The position numbers were made by a program, and so were the translations under genes. The notes below the pieces were generated by a model. It did not search any database. It worked only from the letters and a program-made list of their open reading frames with translations, and was not told the DNA's origin. 40,000 nucleotides of DNA from Aeromonas phage CF8, in the sequence record MK774614.2. One strand, written 5' to 3'. Shown here piece by piece: positions 18,090-25,257 of the stretch (position 1 is the first letter of the stretch; the number at the start of each line of letters is the position of its first letter).

Positions 18090-18578
18090 ATGTATCAATT
18101 AGATATCGAACACATTAAGGCACAGATCTCACTTCGAGAACAAGTTTACGGGTTTGGAGATGGGTTGGGTAAAGAAGCAGATAAACTTACTTACTTTGCC
18201 ACCCTGTGCATTAATAGTGTTATTCGTATCATGAATGATAAAAGCCAAAAACCAGAACAGGTTTTTGATGTCATGGTCAGTGAGTATCAAAACGAAGAAC
18301 CCTTCTTTTATGAACTCGCTGATATTATTCTGGGATTGGTTCACGATATTAAAACCCAGTTTTATCTGGCTGGGTTTGATCCCAGACTGAAATACAAGTT
18401 GTTGGTTCGCCAGTTTGGACGCAGGACAGTCCAGTCTATCATCATGGATCTAGAAGAGACGTTCCTTGCGTTTAAGCCAACTGAATATGTAGAAGACATT
18501 GGTCAGGTGGTTTCTGATAATCCAGATATCGAGGCATTAAATGATTTGTTCGCCGGACGTATCCACCCGGGTCGTTAA
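18090..18578 (+). CDS. hypothetical protein
   Basis: 162-aa ORF, co-oriented. Confidence 0.7.
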   Translation: MYQLDIEHIKAQISLREQVYGFGDGLGKEADKLTYFATLCINSVIRIMNDKSQKPEQVFDVMVSEYQNEEPFFYELADIILGLVHDIKTQFYLAGFDPRLKYKLLVRQFGRRTVQSIIMDLEETFLAFKPTEYVEDIGQVVSDNPDIEALNDLFAGRIHPGR

Positions 18579-18996
18579 TTTTAGCGGCTTCTTTTCATTT
18601 ATTCACGACGCGATTGATAATGCTCATTTGTTCTCAAATAAATTGATCAAACAGCAGGACAAACCACTGGTCGCAGATCTTCTCTTGACGTACTTAATTA
18701 AACAATCAGGGGTATTTCAACTCTCCGGGTACTGTCGTGAAGGAGATATCAAAACGTGGTTTGATCATGATGTGTTAATAGAAGAGTTTGATGATTTGTT
18801 GTTAATGTTTAGAAGTTATTTAATAACTAATCTTGGGCTTGATTTATCAAACACATATGGATTGAAACGTTACCTTAACCAATTTACATTTATCCTACAC
18901 GGAGGGCAAGATGACTCTGTATTTTTACACGGTCAATATCTCCCCACTGTGGGAGACTGTGAATCGTTTCTCTTTGAATCCGACCCGTTTCTTTGA
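18541..18996 (+). CDS. hypothetical protein
   Basis: 151-aa ORF; start uncertain (overlaps previous gene). Confidence 0.55.
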   Translation: MICSPDVSTRVVNFSGFFSFIHDAIDNAHLFSNKLIKQQDKPLVADLLLTYLIKQSGVFQLSGYCREGDIKTWFDHDVLIEEFDDLLLMFRSYLITNLGLDLSNTYGLKRYLNQFTFILHGGQDDSVFLHGQYLPTVGDCESFLFESDPFL

Positions 18997-19198
18997 ACTG
19001 GTGCAAGAGTTTATTCAAACACGAAATGAAGAACTCTTTAACATCAGACTTGCAAATGAATACGGTAATTATGCCAGTTTGATTAAACTTCAAGTGATTG
19101 TCCAACTGAGGGATTTGATCGACATCATCGACTATTCCGACAATGTTGTTGACTTTGGGTTTAATCGTTACCAATTTATGATCACAGGGGAAAGCTAA
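18911..19198 (+). CDS. hypothetical protein
   Basis: 95-aa ORF with strong GGAGGGCAAG RBS directly before ATG; overlaps previous ORF in another frame. Confidence 0.6.
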   Translation: MTLYFYTVNISPLWETVNRFSLNPTRFFELVQEFIQTRNEELFNIRLANEYGNYASLIKLQVIVQLRDLIDIIDYSDNVVDFGFNRYQFMITGES

Positions 19199-19512
19199 TG
19201 GAAATGCTAGCAGGAACTGTCCCTAAAGAGATGATTACCCACAATGTGGGATTTCCTGGGATACCGATAGAAACAGCGCTGAGCGCGGTAGGGGTGCTTT
19301 TACAAGCATATGGGATTCAACACGATCTTCCGATCTCTGTTGATAACGTCGGATCCCTCTCAACAGGTGATCCGCAAATTGACACCATGCTCACTGCCCG
19401 GTATTTGGAACTCAAGAATTTCTTGAGTCTTATTAATGAAACCTATAACTTCACGCGATGTAAATGTCAAACCAATGGCTTCGTGATATATATGGTTTTT
19501 GAATGTTTTTAA
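19198..19512 (+). CDS. hypothetical protein
   Basis: 104-aa ORF, TAATG stop/start coupling with the previous gene. Confidence 0.6.
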   Translation: MEMLAGTVPKEMITHNVGFPGIPIETALSAVGVLLQAYGIQHDLPISVDNVGSLSTGDPQIDTMLTARYLELKNFLSLINETYNFTRCKCQTNGFVIYMVFECF

Positions 19513-20143
19513 CGGTGGTCCTATGTGGGTTTGCCTAAATACGTTTAATTACGAAGAGCTGCTTAATGTAATCATCAAAGAGAAAAATCTTGCTGATGAG
19601 ATCATCACAATGGATCTTCTTTCTGACATATTCACACGTATTGGTGTAAACCTCTCGCGTAAAAATATGTCCCCTCCCACCGACCACAATGCGTTTTTAG
19701 ATCTTCTTTTGGTTAAACTCCAAAAAGTCCGTAATGGACTATTAACCGAAGACGGGCGAGAAACGTTGATCGACTTTATTTGTTCACTGGATAAGCCGTT
19801 CAATGAAACCCACGAGTTCTTTGATTGTTTAAACTTGGTCAAGAGCTATTGCGGATTTGTTAATGATGATAAACAGTACACGATCATTATTTCCAAAGAC
19901 GAGATAGAAGATCTAGAAACAGCGATCGATATTAAACTCGGTAATTTCTTTAATCCAATTGAAGAAGATGACAGTGACATTGTCATTGAACACGCGATTC
20001 GGGACTTGCTTTATCCAGAAGAACAAAATCCCTCCCTCACATGGGATTTACGTGTCATGAACACCCCCGGCAAAGTTGTAAAGCATGGCGATCATTTGAT
20101 CACCTTCCCAACGTTATTTGCCATTGTGAGACCACAGTTATGA
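19499..20143 (+). CDS. hypothetical protein
   Basis: 214-aa ORF, overlapping flanking genes by a few nt. Confidence 0.7.
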   Translation: MNVFNGGPMWVCLNTFNYEELLNVIIKEKNLADEIITMDLLSDIFTRIGVNLSRKNMSPPTDHNAFLDLLLVKLQKVRNGLLTEDGRETLIDFICSLDKPFNETHEFFDCLNLVKSYCGFVNDDKQYTIIISKDEIEDLETAIDIKLGNFFNPIEEDDSDIVIEHAIRDLLYPEEQNPSLTWDLRVMNTPGKVVKHGDHLITFPTLFAIVRPQL

Positions 20144-20562
20144 AAATCAATGAACTTCGTAAAGGAGACATTGTTAACTTCGATATGATCGCACCTGGGA
20201 TCTTTGGGTCCCAATATAAAGGTGTCCTTGTTCAAGGTGTTGTCGGTTATGAAGCCGCGTCCTTGATCGATCCCGAAGTCAATGTCAAACACCAAAACTT
20301 CTACCCCAAGTTTAAAGAAAACGTTAACAATATTAATGACCCTACCACCTATGATTACTTGTTGATTAAACCTGATGCCGCCACTAACCAAGTGATTGTC
20401 ATTGGGGAAGCTTGGATCATGCCGGGGTCACTTGAAGTCACCAAAGGCCGTACAGCGCAAATCCTCATTGGGGATTGGCAAGCACGTTATGATGCACCCG
20501 TCAGGGACTTCTTAAATAACCTCAATGTAAGTTACACCTTGCAAGTCACTGACAAACAGTAA
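20140..20562 (+). CDS. hypothetical protein
   Basis: Listed from 20041; ATGA overlap at 20140 with the previous stop makes MKINELRKGDIVNFD the likely start. Translationally coupled. Confidence 0.7.
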   Translation: MKINELRKGDIVNFDMIAPGIFGSQYKGVLVQGVVGYEAASLIDPEVNVKHQNFYPKFKENVNNINDPTTYDYLLIKPDAATNQVIVIGEAWIMPGSLEVTKGRTAQILIGDWQARYDAPVRDFLNNLNVSYTLQVTDKQ

Positions 20563-20570
20563 ACTAGAAC

Positions 20571-20604
20571 GTTACTAAGTCTGCCATTAGGTAGACTTAG
20601 TAAC
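20571..20604 (+). terminator. long hairpin, terminator or leader structure
   Basis: GTTACTAAGTCTGCC-ATTA-GGTAGACTTAGTAAC followed by T-rich sequence. Confidence 0.55.
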
Positions 20605-20639
20605 TTCATTTTGTTTATCTTTTTGTTAGAGGGAACTCC

Positions 20640-22709
20640 ATGTCCGCTGCTACTCCGTTTCTCTCTGAAAATTATGAGAGTGACCGCAATATCATTAAAC
20701 ACACCATCACCCAATATGCCTTGGTGGTGAGTCGTATTCAGAACCTTCCTTTTGAACAAGTCAGAGAAGACCTGATCAAATACTTTAAAGCCAATAAAGA
20801 CCAGTTTAAATCAAAACGCGCTAAAGTCATTGTTAAAAATAAAGTTCAAGACCGAGAAGTCAAAGTCCTTCCTCTGTCCAGTGTACTTAAGCACGTACAA
20901 GATAAAAACTACCATTTCTCTCCTTCCATGATTGCCTACACCCATTCTGATGAAGAAGAGTGTGTGAACGCGATTGGTACACGAGACTTTTTGGCTAACC
21001 GCAAACACTATAAAGATCTAAGACAAGACGCAAAAGCCGCTGGAAACAAAGATCTTTATATTAAATATAACGAACTGCAAAACGCGTTTAAAATCTTTAA
21101 CAACGCCCAGTCAGGCGCAATGTCCTCCGAAGGGACACCCATTAATAATAAAACAGGTCACACTACGCTGACCTCAACATGCCGTTCGCTGACCTCAACA
21201 GCAAACCTTATTAATGAGCAGTTTATTGCGGGGAATCGTTTTTATAATACACCAGAAAACACCATGCAGGCTCTAGCTGCTAGATTGCAGATTACTAATT
21301 TTAATAAAGTCCAGCAGGTGATGGAGAAATTTAATCTTTATTATCCTACCCCAGAAGAAGTATTGGAATTGGTAGAGCGTTCTTCAAGAAGGTACTGGGA
21401 ATCTGATTCGACAATGAAGTACATCAAAACCTTCCTGGAAAAACTACGCCCTGTCGAATTAGCTACATTGGCGTACACCTTGGATTTGATTACGCTTTAT
21501 AAATACAATAGAACGTTCATGAACGGGTTCTTTGACGACTATGTTCACATCCCTCCTTTTGAAGAAGGAAAACCTGGTCTTAAGCCGGACAATGGGGACA
21601 AGTATGTCCTAGCTATTTCAAAACTCCCCAGAGACCCATCAAAAGAAGCAATTAATCAGCTGAACGAATATCACATGCAGATTGAAGAAAAATACTTCGA
21701 TCTACTGAATACGTTCTTTAAGTCTCAGATCCCACCCAGTGGGCTGTTTGATGTTATTTCAGCGGTTCGTGATTGTGTACTCACTTCTGATACAGATAGT
21801 TCCATTGTGACGGTAGATGCGCTGGTAGATGATTACACCGATGACCCCACCAAGGGGATTAGACTTAATGGGGTAATTACCTATTTTGTTCGAATGATTT
21901 CATTGGATCAACATGCACAACTGTCCGCGAATATGAACGTGAGCAAACGCAACCTGCACATGCTTCAGATGAAAAACGAATTTTTATTCGGCTCTTATGT
22001 TACGACTAACATGAGTAAGCATTATTATGCGTCTCAGTTGATGGTGGAAGGTGTTACCAACAAGGAACCTGAAATAGAAATAAAAGGAGTGCATTTAAAA
22101 TCTTCTAAGATAGCCCCGCGCATCAAAGATAAAGCCCAGGAATTGATGTATAGCACTATGGGGAGTGTAGAGAACAAGAAGAAAATGGATCCTGCACAAA
22201 TCCTGCACGAAATCGCTGAACTGGAACGTGATGTGATTAATGAGATCAAAACAGGCGGTTGGTCTTGGTTGTCCCGAGAATCCATTAAGAACGCTTCAGC
22301 TTACACCAACCCATTTAGTGAAAAGTACATGTACCACGACATGTGGGAGCAGTGCTTTGCTCACAAGTATGGTCCTGCGCCAGAGCTTCCATACATCGGC
22401 GTGAAAATGTCAGTCGATATGGGTTCTAAAACCAAACTTAAAGCTTGGGTAGATTCCATTGAAGATGAAGAAATTAAGCTTAAGCTCACAGATTGGTTAA
22501 TTGAAAAGAGCAAGGACAAACTCAGCAACCTGTACGTCCCAAGAGAGATCCTTCAAAACCTTGGCGACATTCCAGTTGAGTTTAAACAAGCTATCGATTA
22601 TCGAACAATCATTAAGCAAAATTTCAAATCTATCTATGAAGTCTTGCACAGTACTGGTATTTATGTCATGAACGACAATATCACCAGACTGATCAGTGAT
22701 GAACATTAA
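20640..22709 (+). CDS. family B DNA polymerase, C-terminal fragment (motifs B and C, thumb)
   Basis: YNELQNAFKIFNNAQSGAM resembles motif B (Kx3NSxYG); VLTSDTDSSIVTVD is motif C (DTDS); KGVHLKSSKIAPRIKDKAQELM resembles the KG/RR segment that follows. No motif A or exonuclease in the ORF. Confidence 0.7.
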   Translation: MSAATPFLSENYESDRNIIKHTITQYALVVSRIQNLPFEQVREDLIKYFKANKDQFKSKRAKVIVKNKVQDREVKVLPLSSVLKHVQDKNYHFSPSMIAYTHSDEEECVNAIGTRDFLANRKHYKDLRQDAKAAGNKDLYIKYNELQNAFKIFNNAQSGAMSSEGTPINNKTGHTTLTSTCRSLTSTANLINEQFIAGNRFYNTPENTMQALAARLQITNFNKVQQVMEKFNLYYPTPEEVLELVERSSRRYWESDSTMKYIKTFLEKLRPVELATLAYTLDLITLYKYNRTFMNGFFDDYVHIPPFEEGKPGLKPDNGDKYVLAISKLPRDPSKEAINQLNEYHMQIEEKYFDLLNTFFKSQIPPSGLFDVISAVRDCVLTSDTDSSIVTVDALVDDYTDDPTKGIRLNGVITYFVRMISLDQHAQLSANMNVSKRNLHMLQMKNEFLFGSYVTTNMSKHYYASQLMVEGVTNKEPEIEIKGVHLKSSKIAPRIKDKAQELMYSTMGSVENKKKMDPAQILHEIAELERDVINEIKTGGWSWLSRESIKNASAYTNPFSEKYMYHDMWEQCFAHKYGPAPELPYIGVKMSVDMGSKTKLKAWVDSIEDEEIKLKLTDWLIEKSKDKLSNLYVPREILQNLGDIPVEFKQAIDYRTIIKQNFKSIYEVLHSTGIYVMNDNITRLISDEH

Positions 22710-22716
22710 TTAAACA

Positions 22717-22748
22717 CTCCTCTAGAACCTGGATGGGTTCTAGAGGGG
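22717..22748 (+). terminator. intrinsic terminator
   Basis: CTCCTCTAGAACC-TGGATG-GGTTCTAGAGGGG followed by TATTTTAG. Confidence 0.65.
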
Positions 22749-22766
22749 GTATTTTAGATTTCCATA

Positions 22767-22797
22767 TATTTTTAAACAAATATTATTATTGTGTACA
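22767..22797 (+). promoter_or_regulatory. AT-rich promoter-like element upstream of HNH gene
   Basis: TATTTTTAAACAAATATTATTATTGTGTAC, class B-like. Confidence 0.4.
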
Positions 22798-22814
22798 AAT
22801 AAAAGGAGTACACA

Positions 22815-23846
22815 ATGGAAATTGATGAAAGACTATTGGCGTTTAGACCAATATCAGTCATACTTAATTTTGACTGGGAAAAGACCACGTTTGATGAACG
22901 AGTGAAAATGCGTTACGACTACGTTCAAGAACAAAAGAAGAAAAATCCTGATTACGTTGGTTGGGATTTTCTAGAGTTCTTTAACTCTCTCCATGGTCCT
23001 GCTAAAACTGATGATGTTCAGTACATGGTAGACTTTAGAAGACTGGTCAGCACTATTGGGCAAGTTGCAAGTATTTGGCAAGGTGCGGTTTATACTTCGT
23101 TCGGTGTTTCAACCAAACATGGATATAAACATTTAGCTGCAAACATTAACGACAAATGGAAGACTATTTTACTTCATAGGGTCGTTGCTTCTACTTTTAT
23201 CCCAATTCCTGATGAACTAAAGAAATTCAGGAAGAAATTGGTTGTTAACCATAAAAACGATAATGGTTGCTGTAACTGGCAATCAAATTTGGAATGGGTA
23301 ACACAAAGGGTTAACCATAAGAAAGCGATCGAAACAGGTGCTATCCCATTAACTTATTTTAAGATGACAGTTATCTACCACGGTCCGTTATATGGAAAGG
23401 AATATTTCTTCTTTTGTAAAGCGGATCTTCTTAAACACGGATTTAACTGTGGAAATGTTTATTACGCATGTAAAACAAAAGGGAGATATCTTTGCGGGGT
23501 TTGGGAAGAGGTCCCTTTAGAAGAAGCTAAAGGTAAGCCCGTTGGCGTTCCAGAAGAAGACATGAAAGTCATACGAGATCCAAAATACGGCGGATATAAA
23601 AGAGAGCCTCGGTTAGCAACAATTGTTTCCGATGGACCTTGTAAAGGAGAACAGTTTGTTATTTACGGGTCTAAACAAATGGAGGTCAATGGATTTAGTT
23701 CTATAAAAGGAATTCCCGATGGCGGAAGTATTAATTATAAAGGTTGTAATTGGAGCAAAATAACACTTGACCAAGCAAAGGGAATACACGTTGGGTTAAC
23801 AGATGCACAGAAGAAACATCTATTCCCCAATGGGATTAAACCATAA
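22815..23846 (+). CDS. free-standing HNH homing-type endonuclease with two C-terminal repeats
   Basis: KTILLHRVVASTFIP...VNHKNDNGCCNWQSNLEWVTQRVNHKKA is a canonical phage HNH core; AAAAGGAGTACACA RBS. Confidence 0.85.
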   Translation: MEIDERLLAFRPISVILNFDWEKTTFDERVKMRYDYVQEQKKKNPDYVGWDFLEFFNSLHGPAKTDDVQYMVDFRRLVSTIGQVASIWQGAVYTSFGVSTKHGYKHLAANINDKWKTILLHRVVASTFIPIPDELKKFRKKLVVNHKNDNGCCNWQSNLEWVTQRVNHKKAIETGAIPLTYFKMTVIYHGPLYGKEYFFFCKADLLKHGFNCGNVYYACKTKGRYLCGVWEEVPLEEAKGKPVGVPEEDMKVIRDPKYGGYKREPRLATIVSDGPCKGEQFVIYGSKQMEVNGFSSIKGIPDGGSINYKGCNWSKITLDQAKGIHVGLTDAQKKHLFPNGIKP

Positions 23847-23874
23847 ACCAATATTTTGTAACAAACGTTACATC

Positions 23875-23904
23875 CCCCTCCTTCCCACACTCGGGAAGGA
23901 GGGG
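23875..23904. terminator. bidirectional terminator between convergent genes
   Basis: CCCTCCTTCCC stem with GGGAAGGAGGG, 12 bp, 6-nt loop, lying between the HNH (+) and the 365-aa (-) genes. Confidence 0.75.
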
Positions 23905-23913
23905 ATTCATTTG

Positions 23914-25011
23914 TTATACATGATCTTTCAAATCTTTCCATACATTAATATAGAAGCTTGCCCAATAGGGATCTTTAATCTGGTTACTGTTATAGTTAAC
24001 TGGAATTTTGTAAAAGGTCTTTAATTTTGAGGTGGTAATGGGGTCGTAAGAACCCATGAAGTCCATAAAGTAAAGATACCCTTTTGCCCAATGAAGCGAA
24101 GCCAGTGTGTAGACCCAACCTAATTGAACAAACATCATCGATTGCTGTCGGTGCGAAAATACCATATCAGAAAGGTTTAGTGATCTAAAGCTACTAGCAG
24201 ATAACTTCAGCCACTCATTAGGCGACTTGATTCGTTCCCCTAACAACTGTTTGCGAATCCAGCTGTTGTACTCATTTTGTTGGAAGCTATATTGCTCTAA
24301 CGCAAACCCAGAACGCTGAACAGTGACGTCATCACCTTCTGCAATTAGGTTTAGGTTCACCAGTGCATTGTGCCAAACATAAGTATCTAATAAACAGAGC
24401 AAGACATAATGATGAGGTGTTAATCCGACATTAACATTATTCTCGATACGTTCTTTTAAATACCAGTAATAACCAAACACAAACTGATACACATCCAGTT
24501 CTAGAACGGTGAAGGTTTGTTCTTCCCCAACTCGTTGAACTGTATCAATAAGGTGATCTAAATTCCAGTAATGAGTTTTACTGGTGGTCATGATCGGTTT
24601 TAAACACACTCGACCTAAAGACAATGTTTCAGTTACATTATCTTGATCGAATTCGGGTTTTTCAAACGGCATGACAATCAAGGTACGGTGATTACTTTCT
24701 GGGTACACACTTTCAGCGTGATCTTTCCCTCTATTGTAAAGAGAAGTGATCCCAACGTTACTGGCTATTTTTTTACTCTGCAGTTCAATATAGTTGTACA
24801 GCTCAGCAGGTGTCCAATTAATGTTAATGGACAATTGCAGTAAAAACTGTACCAATGGATGTTGGTTTGGAAGAACTCTGTTACCCATCGCGTAAAACGT
24901 TTTAAAGCGTTCTACATTACGTTCATGGATGGCTTGGAGATTATCAAGTTTTCCGTATCGCGGTAAACTGGGATTTGGGGTTCCACCAGGACTTAATTGA
25001 AATTGATTCAT
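23914..25011 (-). CDS. hypothetical protein, only clearly real minus-strand gene in window
   Basis: 365-aa ORF with no competing + strand ORF of quality; convergent terminator after its stop. Confidence 0.8.
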   Translation of the reverse strand: MNQFQLSPGGTPNPSLPRYGKLDNLQAIHERNVERFKTFYAMGNRVLPNQHPLVQFLLQLSININWTPAELYNYIELQSKKIASNVGITSLYNRGKDHAESVYPESNHRTLIVMPFEKPEFDQDNVTETLSLGRVCLKPIMTTSKTHYWNLDHLIDTVQRVGEEQTFTVLELDVYQFVFGYYWYLKERIENNVNVGLTPHHYVLLCLLDTYVWHNALVNLNLIAEGDDVTVQRSGFALEQYSFQQNEYNSWIRKQLLGERIKSPNEWLKLSASSFRSLNLSDMVFSHRQQSMMFVQLGWVYTLASLHWAKGYLYFMDFMGSYDPITTSKLKTFYKIPVNYNSNQIKDPYWASFYINVWKDLKDHV

Positions 25012-25066
25012 TGTTGTTTCCTAGTTATTTATTTTTCTACCCACATTTACTATTATATGTAAACAA

Positions 25067-25090
25067 CTAACTAATCTTCGGATTAGTTAG
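25067..25090. promoter_or_regulatory. stem-loop with UUCG tetraloop
   Basis: CTAACTAATC-TTCG-GATTAGTTAG, 10-bp stem in the divergent intergenic region. Confidence 0.6.
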
Positions 25091-25156
25091 CAAGCGGTAG
25101 ATGTACGTCATTTGTAAGTTATCCAAACGATTTACCTCAAAAATTGAAGGTCTATA

Positions 25157-25190
25157 ATTTTTCAGGTAGATATTACCAAAGTGTAAAGGA
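25157..25190 (+). promoter_or_regulatory. promoter-like element upstream of chmA candidate (ATAATTTTTCAGGTAGATATTACCAAAGTGTAAAGG)
   Basis: Shares ATATTACyaAAGTG with cassettes at 7200 and 31029. Confidence 0.6.
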
Positions 25191-25194
25191 GAGA

Positions 25195-25230
25195 TGAATA
25201 TTTCAAATCCCTTTTATTCTTCACAATAAT
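25195..25230 (+). CDS. putative 11-aa leader ORF MNISNPFYSSQ
   Basis: AAAGGAGAG directly before ATG, stop before the main ORF; located between promoter-like element and chmA candidate. Confidence 0.35.
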
Positions 25231-25257
25231 CACTATTCTTAGCTAAGGAATGAACTG

